From Haplodiscus bocki (Eukaryota): a stretch of DNA of 64,000 nt. Below, one piece after another: positions 15,301-30,300 of this stretch. Location: the NCBI GenBank assembly GCA_965655095.1, contig OZ296648.1, forward strand, positions 110,236,001 through 110,300,000, read 5' to 3'. A program made the translations under genes and the position numbers. Positions within the stretch are counted from its first letter, which is position 1, and the number at the start of each line of letters is the position of its first letter. The notes under the pieces were generated by a model that made no database searches, was not told the origin of the DNA, and saw nothing but the letters and a program-made list of their open reading frames with translations.

Positions 15301-18300
15301 ACCACCATAAAGATGGGAATGTCTACACCAGATCACACATCAAGGTACGTAATTTCAGGCTGGATGTTAAATGGAATTGTAGACTGGAGGCGGAAAGTTT
15401 TCAACTACTCATCGTCTATACTACAATTTTTTCTTTCCACCACGCAAACACCACGTCGTTGGCACACTTGGTGAGGCTGAGTGGCAGTGAAACAATTCTC
15501 TTGATAACTTTTCTTCCTTTCTTTTTCCTTTTTCGCTTCGCCCACTCTTCGCTCATCCTTCGACGATCCCAATTACAGGAAACAGGTACAAGTAACTGAC
15601 CCAAAATTTCATTTGTAGGTTGTCAATCGCCTACTGTTTTCCATTCCAAAGCTTCTAAGATTTTCAAAAACGAAAACGCTCCAGAAAGTCTTACGCTTTA
15701 ACTGCTCGATGCATTAAGACTTTTTTTCTGAATGCGTTCAAGATTTTCCCAAATTGATGTGGCAATTTGAACAATTCCATTTTTTTCACAAATGTAAAAT
15801 CGTAGATGTTAATGCCTACTTCAGGAACTTTTACAAAAGTTCCCGTTACACCATTTTCACGGTATGTAGCGTACACTAGCGAAAAAAAACCAGAGCTGCA
15901 AAGACTTTTTCTCAAAAATATGCACTTTCACAAGAATGAAAGCAGTTTATCTTCATCAATAAAAACTTTCAAAAACCGATTCTTGCACATCCCGTCATTT
16001 GCCTCTTGAGGCTTCATCAAATTCAAGCGTTTGGAAGTGCATCAGAAAAGACCAGTGTCGTGATGCATTTATTACAGGAAAACTAAATTCAAATAGCGCA
16101 ATTCACAGCCAAAATTGTCCTGACCGTGTTGTTTCTGTGGTAATGCATTTATTATTGACAAGAACAGATTCGCAAGGATTTGAAAACGGCAGTTTACTCA
16201 GAAGTTGAAAATCACAAGTCATTCAGCATGTTTCCAATGCTACGCATCTAATGTTCACTCCACATCTGGCACCTCTGTTTTCACAGGCCATATGTGGACT
16301 GTACAACTGGTGTACAACAGGGAAATCAAACTGATTGGTGCGTCGTTTATAACTTCTGACAGATCTGCCACTTTCAAGTCCCCACGAATCGATGCAAGTC
16401 AGTGACAAAAGCACAACCGTAGATATCTGCTGCGGGTGAAATTGGCCAACCATGGCAATTTTTCCATTGGCGTAATCGAAGTTTAGCACAACTTACATGC
16501 GAAAAACGGAACAGTCGTAACATGTTTCAATTGGCAATGCTGCTACGAAGATCTTTATAATTTACGAATTCAAACGTCTATCTTCCTTCTAGCCTTTATC
16601 TTTAAAACAACTTTGCATTGTTTCAACCTGTAATTGTACCAAATGTTTTTACTAATCGTTTCAATTTTTCTAGTTCTGTCTCACAGTCGAAGAATTGAAT
16701 TTTCCTCCGGAAAATGAATCCACTTTTCCGATAGACTTCTGATCTCATCAAAAAGAACCACGAACTAACTACGCAAAATCGAGTTGAGAGCAGGATTTCT
16801 AATAGTGTCATTGAATGAAACGCGAAATACGAATCCAAGATCCGACATACCCATTGGCTGGTTTTTCTTGATGGTAGGCATGTGAACATTCCGACGATCT
16901 ACCACCATAAAGATGGGAATCTCTACACCAGATCACACATCAAGGTACGTAATTTCAGGCTGGATGTTAAATGGAATTGTAGACTGGAGGCGGAAAGTTT
17001 TCAACTACTCATCGTCTATACTACAATTTTTTCTTTCCACCACGCAAACACCGCGTCGTTGGCACACTTGGTGAGGCTGAGTGGCAGTGAAACAATTCTC
17101 TTGATAACTTTTCTTCCTTTCTTTTTCCTTTTTCGCTTCGCCCACTCTTCGCTCATCCTTCGACGATCCCAATTACAGGAAACAGGTACAAGTAACTGAC
17201 CCAAAATTTCATTTGTAGGTTGTCAATCGCCTACTGTTTTCCATTCCAAAGCTTCTAAGATTTTCAAAAACGAAAACGCTCCAGAAAGTCTTACGCTTTA
17301 ACTGCTCGATGCATTAAGACTTTTTTTCTGAATGCGTTCAAGATTTTCCCAAATTGATGTGGCAATTTGAACAATTCCATTTTTTTCACAAATGTAAAAT
17401 CGTAGATGTTAATGCCTACTTCAGGAACTTTTACAAAAGTTCCCGTTACACCATTTTCACGGTATGTAGCGTACACTAGCGAAAAAAAACCAGAGCTGCA
17501 AAGACTTTTTCTCAAAAATATGCACTTTCACAAGAATGAAAGCAGTTTATCTTCATCAATAAAAACTTTCAAAAACCGATTCTTGCACATCCCGTCATTT
17601 GCCTCTTGAGGCTTCATCAAATTCAAGCGTTTGGAAGTGCATCAGAAAAGACCAGTGTCGTGATGCATTTATTACAGGAAAACTAAATTCAAATAGCGCA
17701 ATTCACAGCCAAAATTGTCCTGACCGTGTTGTTTCTGTGGTAATGCATTTATTATTGACAAGAACAGATTCGCAAGGATTTGAAAACGGCAGTTTACTCA
17801 GAAGTTGAAAATCACAAGTCATTCAGCATGTTTCCAATGCTACGCATCTAATGTTCACTCCACATCTGGCACCTCTGTTTTCACAGGCCATATGTGGACT
17901 GTACCACTGGTGTACAACAGGGAAATCAAACTGATTGGTGCGTCGTTTATAACTTCTGACAGATCTGCCACTTTCAAGTCCCCACGAATCGATGCAAGTC
18001 AGTGACAAAAGCACCACAACCGTAGATATCTGCTGCGGGTGAAATTGGCCAACCATGGCAATTTTTCCATTGGCGTAATCGAAGTTTAGCACAACTTACA
18101 TGCTAAAAACGGAACAGTCGTAACATGTTTCAATTGGCAATGCTGCTACGAGGATCTTTATAATTTACGAATTCAAACGTCTATCTTCCTTCTAGCCTTT
18201 ATCTTTAAAACAACTTTGCATTGTTTCAACCTGTAATTGTACCAAAAGTTTTTACTAATCGTTTCAATTTTTCTAGTTCTGTCTCACGTTCGATGAACTG

Positions 18301-21300
18301 AATTGTCGTCAGGAAAATGAATCCACTTTTCAGATAGACTTCTGATCTCATCAAAAAGAACCACGAACTAACTACGCAAAATCGAGTTGAGAGCAGGATT
18401 TCTAATAGTGTCATTGAATGAAACGCGAAATACGAATCCAAGATCCGACATACCCATTGGCTGGTTTTTCTTGATGGTAGGCATGTGAACATTCCGACGA
18501 CCTACCACCATAAAGATGGGAATGTCTACACCAGATCACACATCAAGGTACGTAATTTCAGGCTGGATGTTAAATGGAATTGTAGACTGGAGGCGGAAAG
18601 TTTTCAACTACTCATCGTCTATACTACAATTTTTTCTTTCCACCACGCAAACACCACGTCGTTGGCACACTTGGTGAGGCTGAGTGGCAGTGAAACAATT
18701 CTCTTGATAACTTTTCTTCCTTTCTTTTTCCTTTTTCGCTTCGCCCACTCTTCGCTCATCCTTCGACGATCCCAATTACAGGAAACAGGTACAAGTAACT
18801 GACCCAAAATTTCATTTGTAGGTTGTCAATCGCCTACTGTTTTCCATTCCAAAGCTTCTAAGATTTTCAAAATCGAAAACGCTCCAGAAAATCTTACGCT
18901 TTAACTGCTCGATGCATTAAGACTTTTTTTCTGAATGCGTTCAAGATTTTCCCAAATTGATGTGGCAATTTGAACAATTCCATTTTTTTCACAAATGTAA
19001 AATCGTAGATGTTAATGCCTACTTCAGGAACTTTTACAAAAGTTCCCGTTACACCATTTTCACGGTATGTAGCGTACACTAGCGAAAAAAAACCAGAGCT
19101 GCAAAGACTTTTTCTCAAAAATATGCACTTTCACAAGAATGAAAGCAGTTTATCTTCATCAATAAAAACTTTCAAAAACCGATTCTTGCACATCCCGTCA
19201 TTTGCCTCTTGAGGCTTCATCAAATTCAAGCGTTTGGAAGTGCATCAGAAAAGACCAGTGTCGTGATGCATTTATTACAGGAAAACTAAATTCAAATAGC
19301 GCAATTCACAGCCAAAATTGTCCTGACCGTGTTGTTTCTGTGGTAATGCATTTATTATTGACAAGAACAGATTCGCAAGGATTTGAAAACGGCAGTTTAC
19401 TCAGAAGTTGAAAATCACAAGTCATTCAGCATGTTTCCAATGCTACGCATCTAATGTTCACTCCACATCTGGCACCTCTGTTTTCACAGGCCATATGTGG
19501 ACTGTACCACTGGTGTACAACAGGGAAATCAAACTGATTGGTTCGTCGTTTACAACTTCTGACAGATCTGCCACTTTCAAGTCCCCACGAATCGATGCAA
19601 GTCAGTGACAAAAGCACCACAACCGTAGATATCTGCTGCGGGTGAAATTGGCCAACCATGGCAATTTTTCCATTGGCGTAATCGAAGTTTAGCACAACTT
19701 ACATGCGAAAAACGGAACAGTCGTAACATGTTTCAATTGGCAATGCTGCTACGAAGATCTTTATAATTTACGAATTCAAACGTCTATCTTCCTTCTAGCC
19801 TTTATCTTTAAAACAACTTTGCATTGTTTCAACCTGTAATTGTACCAAATGTTTTTACTAATCGTTTCAATTTTTCTAGTTCTGTCTCACAGTCGAAGAA
19901 TTGAATTTTCCTCCGGAAAATGAATCCACTTTTCCGATAGACTTCTGATCTCATCAAAAAGAACCACGAACTAACTACGCAAAATCGAGTTGAGAGCAGG
20001 ATTTCTAATAGTGTCATTGAATGAAACGCGAAATACGAATCCAAGATCCGACATACCCATTGGCTGGTTTTTCTTGATGGTAGGCATGTGAACATTCCGA
20101 CGACCGACCACCATAAAGATGGGAATGTCTACACCAGATCACACATCAAGGTACGTAATTTCAGGCTGGATGTTAAATGGAATTGTAGACTGGAGGCGGA
20201 AAGTTTTCAACTACTCATCGTCTATACTACAATTTTTTCTTTCCACCACGCAAACACCGCGTCGTTGGCACACTTGGTGAGGCTGAGTGGCAGTGAAACA
20301 ATTATCTTGATAACTTTTCTTCCTTTCTATTTCCTTTTTCGCTTCACCCACTCTTCGCTCATCCTTCGACGATCCCAATGACAGGAAACAGGTACAAGTA
20401 ACTGACCCAAAATTTCATTTGTAGGTTGTCAATTCGCCTACTGTTTTCCATTCCAAAGCTTCTAAAACTTTCAAACTCGAAAACGCTCCAGAAAACCTTA
20501 CGCTTTACCTGCTCGATGCATTAAGACTTTTTTTCTGAATGCGTTCAAGATTTTCCCAAATTGATGTGGCAAATCGAACAATTCCATTTTTTTTCACAAA
20601 TGTAAAATCGTAGTTGTTAATACCTACTTTAGGAACTTGTACAAAAGTTCCCGTTACACCATTTTCACGGTATGTAGCGTACACTAGCGAAAAAAAACCA
20701 GAGCTGCAAAGACTTTTTCTCAAAAATATGCACTTTCACAAGAATGAAAGCAGTTTATCTTCATCAATAAAAACTTTCAAATACCGATTCTTGCACACCC
20801 CGTCATTTGCCTCTTGAAGCTTCATCAAATTCAAGCGTTTGGAAGTGCATCAGAAAAGACCAGTGTCGTGATGCATTTATTACAGGAAAACTAAATTCAA
20901 ATGGCGCAATTCACAGCCAAAATTGTCCGGACCGTGTTGTTGCTGTGGTAGTGCATTTATTACTGACACGAACAGATTCGCAAGGATTTGAAAACGGCAG
21001 TTTACTCAGAAGTTGAAAATCACAAGTCATTCAGCATGTTTTCAATGCTACGCATCTAATGTTCGCTCCACATCTGGCACTTCTGTTTTCACAGGCCATA
21101 TGTGGACTGTACCACTGGTGTACAACAGGGAAATCAAACTGATTGGTGCGTCGTTTACAACTTCTGACAGATCTGCCACTTTCAAGTCCCCACGAATCGA
21201 TGCAAGTCAGTGACAAAAGCACCACAACCGTAGATATCTGCTGCGGGTGAAATTGGCCAACCATGGCAATTTTTCCATTGGCGTAACCGAAGTTTAGCAC

Positions 21301-24300
21301 AACTTACATGCGAAAAACGGAACGGTCGTAACATGTTTCAATTGGCAATGTTGCTGCGAGCATCTTCCAAAATTTACCAATTCAAACGTCTCTCTTCCTT
21401 CAAGCCTTTATTTTTACAACAACTTTGCATTGTTTCAACCTGTAATTGTACCAAATGTTTTTACTAATCGTTTCAATTTTTCTAGTTCTGTCTCACAGTC
21501 GAAGAATTGAATTTTCCTCCGGAAAATGAATCCACTTTTCCGATAGACTTCTGATCTCATCAAAAAGAACCACGAACTAACTACGCAAAATCGAGTTGAG
21601 AGCAGGATTTCTAAAAGTGTCAGCTTCATTGAACGAAACGCGAAATACGAATCCAAGATCCGAAATACCAATTGGCTGGTTTTTCTTGATTGTAGGCATG
21701 TGAACATTCCGACGACTACCACCATAAAGATGGGAATCTCTACACCAGATCACACATCAAGGTACGTAACTTCAGGCTGGATGTTAAATGGAATTGTAGA
21801 CTGGGGGCGGAAAGTTTTCAACTACTCATCGTCTATACTACAATTTTTTCTTTGCACCACGCAAACGCCGCGTCGTGGGAACACTTGGTGAGGCTGAGTG
21901 GCAGTTAAACAATTCTCTTGATAACTTTTCTTACTTTCTATTTCCTTTTTCGCTTCACCCACTCTTCGCTCATCCTTCGACGATCCCAATTACAGGAAAC
22001 AGGTACAAGTAACTGACCCAAAATTTCATTTGTAGGTTGCCAATTCGCCTACTGTTTTCCATTCCAAAGCTTCTAAAACTTTCAAAGTCGAAAACGCTCC
22101 AGAATATCCTACGCTTTAAAAGCTCGATGCATTAAGACTTTTTTACTGAATGCGTCCAAGATTTTCCCAAATTGATGTGGCAATTTGAACAATTCCATTA
22201 CTTTCACAAATGTAAAATCGTAGATGTTAATGCCTACTTCAGGAACTTTTACAAAAGTTCCCGTTACACCATTTTCACGGTATGTAGCGTACACTAGCGA
22301 AAAAAAACCAGAGCTGCAAAGACTTTTTCTCAAAAATATGCACTTTCACAAGAATGAAAGCAGTTTATCTTCATCAATAAAAACTTTCAAATACCGATTC
22401 TTGCACACCCCGTCATTTGCCTCTTGAGGCTTCATCAAATTCAAGCGTTTGGAAGTGCATCAGAAAAGACCAGTGTCGTGATGCATTTATTACAGGAAAA
22501 CTAAATTCAAATGGCGCAATTCACAGCCAAAATTGTCCGGACCGTGTTGTTGCTGTGGTAGTGCATTTATTACTGACACGAACAGATTCGCAAGGATTTG
22601 AAAACGGCAGTTTACTCAGAAGTTGAAAATCACAAGTCATTCAGCATGTTTTCAATGCTACGCATCTAATGTTCGCTCCACATCTGGCACTTCTGTTTTC
22701 ACAGGCCATATGTGGACTGTACCACTTGTGTACAACAGGGAAATCAAACTGATTGGTGCGTCGTTTACAACTTCTGACAGATCTGCCACTTTCAAGTCCC
22801 CACGAATCGATGCAAGTCAGTGACAAAAGCACCACAACCGTAGATATCTGCTGCGGGTGAAATTGGCCAACCATGGCAATTTTTCCATTGGCGTAATCGA
22901 AGTTTAGCACAACTTACATGCGAAAAACGGAACAGTCGTAACATGTTTCAATTGGCAATGCTGTTACGAAGATCTTTATAATTTACGAATTCAAACGTCT
23001 ATCTTCCTTCTAGCCTTTATCTTTAAAACAACTTTGCATTGTTTCAACCTGTAATTGTACCAAAAGTTTTTACTAATCGTTTCAATTTTTCTCTCACGTT
23101 CGATGAACTGAATTGTCGTCAGGAAAATGAATCCACTTTTCAGATAGACTTCTGATCTCATCAAAAAGAACCACGAACTAACTACGCAAAATCGAGTTGA
23201 GAGCAGGATTTCTAATAGTGTCATTGAATGAAACGCGAAATACGAATCCAAGATCCGACATACCCATTGGCTGGTTTTTCTTGATGGTAGGCATGTGAAC
23301 ATTCCGACGACCTACCACCATAAAGATGGGAATGTCTACACCAGATCACACATCAAGGTACGTAATTTCAGGCTGGATGTTAAATGGAATTGTATACTGG
23401 AGGCGGAAAGTTTTCAACTACTCATCGTCTATACTACAAGTTTTTCTTTCCACCACGCAAACACCGCGTCGTTGGCACACTTGGTGAGGCTGAGTGGCAG
23501 TGAAACAATTCTCTTGATAACTTTTCTTCCTTTCTTTTTCCTTTTTCGCTTCGCCCACTCTTCGCTCATCCTTCGACGATCCCAATTACAGGAAACAGGT
23601 ACAAGTAACTGACCCAAAATTTCATTTGTAGGTTGTCAATCGCCTACTGTTTTCCATTCCAAAGCTTCTAAGATTTTCAAAATCGAAAACGCTCCAGAAA
23701 ATCTTACGCTTTAACTGCTCGATGCATTAAGACTTTTTTTCTGAATGCGTTCAAGATTTTCCCAAATTGATGTGGCAATTTGAACAATTCCATTACTTTC
23801 ACAAATGTAAAATCGTAGATGTTAATGCCTACTTCAGGAACTTTTACAAAAGTTCCCGTTACATCATTTTCACGGTATGTAGCGTACACTAGCGAAAAAA
23901 AACCAGAGCTGCAAAGACTTTTTCTCAAAAATATGCACTTTCACAAGAATGAAAGCAGTTTATCTTCATCAATAAAAACTTTCAAATACCGATTCTTGCA
24001 CACCCCGTCATTTGCCTCTTGAGGCTTCATCAAATTCAAGCGTTTGGAAGTGCATCAGAAAAGACCAGTGTCGTGATGCATTTATTACAGGAAAACTAAA
24101 TTCAAATGGCGCAATTCACAGCCAAAATTGTCCGGACCGTGTTGTTGCTGTGGTAGTGCATTTATTACTGACACGAACAGATTCGCAAGGATTTGAAAAC
24201 GGCAGTTTACTCAGAAGTTGAAAATCACAAGTCATTCAGCATGTTTTCAATGCTACGCATCTAATGTTCGCTCCACAACTGGCACTTCTGTTTTCACAGG

Positions 24301-27300
24301 CCATATGTGGACTGTACCACTTGTGTACAACAGGGAAATCAAACTGATTGGTGCGTCGTTTACAACTTCTGACAGATCTGCCACTTTCAAGTCCCCACGA
24401 ATCGATGCAAGTCAGTGACAAAAGCACCACAACCGTAGATATCTGCTGCGGGTGAAATTGGCCAACCATGGCAATTTTTCCATTGGCGTAATCGAAGTTT
24501 AGCACAACTTACATGCGAAAAACGGAACAGTCGTAACATGTTTCAATTGGCAATGCTGTTACGAAGATCTTTATAATTTACGAATTCAAACGTCTATCTT
24601 CCTTCTAGCCTTTATCTTTAAAACAACTTTGCATTGTTTCAACCTGTAATTGTACCAAAAGTTTTTACTAATCGTTTCAATTTTTCTAGTTCTGTCTCAC
24701 GTTCGATGAACTGAATTGTCGTCAGGAAAATGAATCCACTTTTCAGATAGACTTCTGATCTCATCAAAAAGAACCACGAACTAACTACGCAAAATCGAGT
24801 TGAGAGCAGGATTTCTAATAGTGTCATTGAATGAAACGCGAAATACGAATCCAAGATCCGACATACCCATTGGCTGGTTTTTCTTGATGGTAGGCATGTG
24901 AACATTCCGACGACCTACCACCATAAAGATGGGAATGTCTACACCAGATCACACATCAAGGTACGTAATTTCAGGCTGGATGTTAAATGGAATTGTAGAC
25001 TGGAGGCGGAAAGTTTTCAACTACTCATCGTCTATACTACAATTTTTTCTTTCCACCACGCAAACACCGCGTCGTTGGCACACTTGGTGAGGCTGAGTGG
25101 CAGTGAAACAATTCTCTTGATAACTTTTCTTCCTTTCTTTTTCCTTTTTCGCTTCGCCCACTCTTCGCTCATCCTTCGACGATCCCAATTACAGGAAACA
25201 GGTACAAGTAACTGACCCAAAATTTCATTTGTAGGTTGTCAATCGCCTACTGTTTTCCATTCCAAAGCTTCTAAGATTTTCAAAATCGAAAACGCTCCAG
25301 AAAATCTTACGCTTTAACTGCTCGATGCATTAAGACTTTTTTTCTGAATGCGTTCAAGATTTTCCCAAATTGATGTGGCAATTTGAACAATTCCATTATT
25401 TTCACAAAAGTAAAATCGTAGATGTTAATGCCTACTTCAGGAACTTTTACAAAAGTTCCCGTTACACCATTTTCACGGTATGTAGCGTACACTAGCGAAA
25501 AAAAACCAGAGCTGCAAAGACTTTTTCTCAAAAATATGCACTTTCACAAGAATGAAAGCAGTTTATCTTCATCAATAAAAACTTTCAAATACCGATTCTT
25601 GCACATCCCGTCATTTGCCTCTTGAGGCTTCATCAAATTCAAGCGTTTGGAAGTGCATCAGAAAAGACCAGTGTCGTGATGCATTCATTACAGGAAAACT
25701 AAATTCAAATAGCGCAATTCACAGCCAAAATTGTCCTGACCGTGTTGTTTCTGTGGTAATGCATTTATTATTGACAAGAACAGATTCGCAAGGATTTGAA
25801 AACGGCAGTTTACTCAGAAGTTGAAAATCACAAGTCATTCAGCATGTTTCCAATGCTACGCATCTAATGTTCACTCCACATCTGGCACCTCTGTTTTCAC
25901 AGGCCATATGTGGACTGTACCACTGGTGTACAACAGGGAAATCAAACTGATTGGTGCGTCGTTTACAACTTCTGACAGATCTGCCACTTTCAAGTCCCCA
26001 CGAATCGATGCAAGTCAGTGACAAAAGCACCACAACCGTAGATATCTGCTGCGGGTGAAATTGGCCAACCATGGCAATTTTTCCATTGGCGTAATCGAAG
26101 TTTAGCACAACTTACATGCGAAAAACGGAACAGTCGTAACATGTTTCAATTGGCAATGCTGCTACGAAGATCTTTATAATTTACGAATTCAAACGTCTAT
26201 CTTCCTTCTAGCCTTTATCTTTAAAACAACTTTGCATTGTTTCAACCTGTAATTGTACCAAATGTTTTTACTAATCGTTTCAATTTTTCTAGTTCTGTCT
26301 CACGTTCGAAGAACTGAATTGTCGTCAGGAAAATGAATCCACTTTTCAGATAGACTTCTGATCTCATCAAAAAGAACCACGAACTAACTACGCAAAATCG
26401 AGTTGAGAGCAGGATTTCTAATAGTGTCATTGAATGAAACGCGAAATACGAATCCAAGATCCGACATACCCATTGGCTGGTTTTTCTTGATGGTAGGCAT
26501 GTGAACATTCCGACGACCTACCACCATAAAGATGGGAATGTCTACACCAGATCACACATCAAGGTACGTAATTTCAGGCTGGATGTTAAATGGAATTGTA
26601 GACTGGAGGCGGAAAGTTTTCAACTACTCATCGTCTATACTACAATTTTTTCTTTCCACCACGCAAACACCGCGTCGTTGGCACACTTGGTGAGGCTGAG
26701 TGGCAGTGAAACAAATCTCTTGATAACTTTTCTTCCTTTCTTTTTCCTTTTTCGCATCGCCCACTCTTCGCTCATCCTTCGACGATCCCAATTACAGGAA
26801 ACAGGTACAAGTAACTGACCCAAAATTTCATTTGTAGGTTGTCAATCGCCTACTGTTTTCCATTCCAAAGCTTCTAAAACTCTCAAAGTCGAAAACGCTC
26901 CAGAATATCCTACGCTCTAACTGCTCGATGCATGAAGACTTTTTTTCTGAATGCGTTCAAGATTTTCCCAAATTGATGTGGCAATTTGAACAATTCCATT
27001 TTTTTCACAAATGTAAAATCGTAGATGTTAATGCCTACTTCAGGAACTTTTACAAAAGTTCCCGTTACACCATTTTCACGGTATGTAGCGTACACTAGCG
27101 AAAAAAAACCAGAGCTGCAAAGACTTTTTCTCAAAAATATGCACTTTCACAAGAATGAAAGCAGTTTAGCTTCATCAATAAAAACTTTCAAATACCGATT
27201 TTTGCACATCCCGTCATTTGCCTCTTGAGGCTTCATCAAATTCAAGCGTTTGGAAGTGCATCAGAAAAGACCAGTGTCGTGATGCATTTATTACAGGAAA

Positions 27301-30300
27301 ACTAAATTCAAATAGCGCAATTCACAGCCAAAATTGTCCTGACCGTGTTGTTTCTGTGGTAATGCATTTATTATTGACAAGAACAGATTCGCAAGGATTT
27401 GAAAACGGCAGTTTACTCAGAAGTTGAAAATCACAAGTCATTCAGCATGTTTCCAATGCTACGCATCTAATGTTCACTCCACATCTGGCACCTCTGTTTT
27501 CACAGGCCATATGTGGACTGTACCACTGGTGTACAACAGGGAAATCAAACTGATTGGTGCGTCGTTTACAACTTCTGACAGATCTGCCACTTTCAAGTCC
27601 CCACGAATCGATGCAAGTCAGTGACAAAAGCACCACAACCGTAGATATCTGCTGCGGGTGAAATTGGCCAACCATGGCAATTTTTCCATTGGCGTAATCG
27701 AAGTTTAGCACAACTTACATGCGAAAAACGGAACAGTCGTAACATGTTTCAATTGGCAATGCTGCTACGAGGATCTTTATAATTTACGAATTCAAACGTC
27801 TATCTTCCTTCTAGCCTTTATCTTTAAAACAACTTTGCATTGTTTCAACCTGTAATTGTACCAAATGTTTTTACTAATCGTTTCAATTTTTCTAGTTCTG
27901 TCTCACGTTCGAAGAACTGAATTGTCGTCAGGAAAATGAATCCACTTTTCAGATAGACTTCTGATCTCATCAAAAAGAACCACGAACTAACTACGCAAAA
28001 TCGAGTTGAGAGCAGGATTTCTAATAGTGTCATTGAATGAAACGCGAAATACGAATCCAAGATCCGACATACCCATTGGCTGGTTTTTCTTGATGGTAGG
28101 CATGTGAACATTCCGACGACCTACCACCATAAAGATGGGAATGTCTACACCAGATCACACATCAAGGTACGTAATTTCAGGCTGGATGTTAAATGGAATT
28201 GTAGACTGGAGGCGGAAAGTTTTCAACTACTCATCGTCTATACTACAAGTTTTTCTTTCCACCACGCAAACACCGCGTCGTTGGCACACTTGGTGAGGCT
28301 GAGTGGCAGTGAAACAATTCTCTTGATAACTTTTCTTCCTTTCTTTTTCCTTTTTCGCTTCGCCCACTCTTCGCTCATCCTTCGACGATCCCAATTACAG
28401 GAAACAGGTACAAGTAACTGACCCAAAATTTCATTTGTAGGTTGTCAATCGCCTACTGTTTTCCATTCCAAAGCTTCTAAGATTTTCAAAATCGAAAACG
28501 CTCCAGAAAATCTTACGCTTTAACTGCTCGATGCATTAAGACTTTTTTTCTGAATGCGTTCAAGATTTTCCCAAATTGATGTGGCAATTTGAACAATTCC
28601 ATTTTTTTCACAAATGTAAAATCGTAGATGTTAATGCCTACTTCAGGAACTTTTACAAAAGTTCCCGTTACACCATTTTCACGGTATGTAGCGTACACTA
28701 GCCAAAAAAAACCAGAGCTGCAAAGACTTTTTCTCAAAAATATGCACTTTCACAAGAATGAAAGCGGTTTATCTTCATCAATAAAAACTTTCAAATACCG
28801 ATTCTTGCACATCCCGTCATTTGCCTCTTGAGGCTTCATCAAATTCAAGCGTTTGGAAGTGCATCAGAAAAGACCAGTGTCGTGATACATTTATTACAGG
28901 AAAACTAAATTCAAGTAGCGCAATTCACAGCCAAAATTGTCCTGACCGTGTTGTTTCTGTGGTAATGCATTTATTATTGACAAGAACAGATTCGCAAGGA
29001 TTTGAAAACGGCAGTTTACTCAGAAGTTGAAAATCACAAGTCATTCAGCATGTTTCCAATGCTACGCATCTAATGTTCACTCCACATCTGGCACCTCTAT
29101 TTTCACAGGCCATATGTGGACTGTAACACTGGTGTACAACAGGGAAATCAAACTGACTGGTGCGTCGTTTATAACTTCTGACAGATCTGCCACTTTCAAG
29201 TCCCCACGAATCGATGCAAGTCAGTGACAAAAGCACCACAACCGTAGATATCTGCTGCGGGTGATATTGGCCAACCATGGCAATTTTTCCATTGGCGTAA
29301 TCGAAGTTTAGCACAACTTACATGCGAAAAACGGAACAGTCGTAACATGTTTCAATTGGCAATGCTGCTACGAGGATCTTTATAATTTACGAATTCAAAC
29401 GTCTATCTTCCTTCTAGCCTTTATCTTTAAAACAACTTTGCATTGTTTCAACCTGTAATTGTACCAAATGTTTTTACTAATCGTTTCAATTTTTCTAGTT
29501 CTGTCTCACGTTCGAAGAACTGAATTGTCGTCAGGAAAATGAATCCACTTTTCAGATAGACTTCTGATCTCATCAAAAAGAACCACGAACTAACTACGCA
29601 AAATCGAGTTGAGAGCAGGATTTCTAATAGTGTCATTGAATGAAACGCGAAATACGAATCCAAGATCCGACATACCCATTGGCTGGTTTTTCTTGATGGT
29701 AGGCATGTGAACATTCCGACGACCTACCACCATAAAGATGGGAATGTCTACACCAGATCACACATCAAGGTACGTAATTTCAGGCTGGATGTTAAATGGA
29801 ATTGTAGACTGGAGGCGGAAAGTTTTCAACTACTCATCGTCTATACTACAATTTTTTCTTTCCACCACGCAAACACCGCGTCGTTGGCACACTTGGTGAG
29901 GCTGAGTGGCAGTGAAACAATTCTCTTGATAACTTTTCTTCCTTTCTTTTTCCTTTTTCGCTTCGCCCACTCTTCGCTCATCCTTCGACGATCCCAATTA
30001 CAGGAAACAGGTACAAGTAACTGACCCAAAATTTCATTTGTAGGTTGTCAATCGCCTACTGTTTTCCATTCCAAAGCTTCTAAGATTTTCAAAATCGAAA
30101 ACGCTCCAGAAAATCTTACGCTTTAACTGCTCGATGCATTAAGACTTTTTTTCTGAATGCGTTCAAGATTTTCCCAAATTGATGTGGCAATTTGAACAAT
30201 TCCATTTTTTTCACAAATGTAAAATCGTAGATGTTAATGCCTACTTCAGGAACTTTTACAAAAGTTCCCGTTACACCATTTTCACGGTATGTAGCGTACA

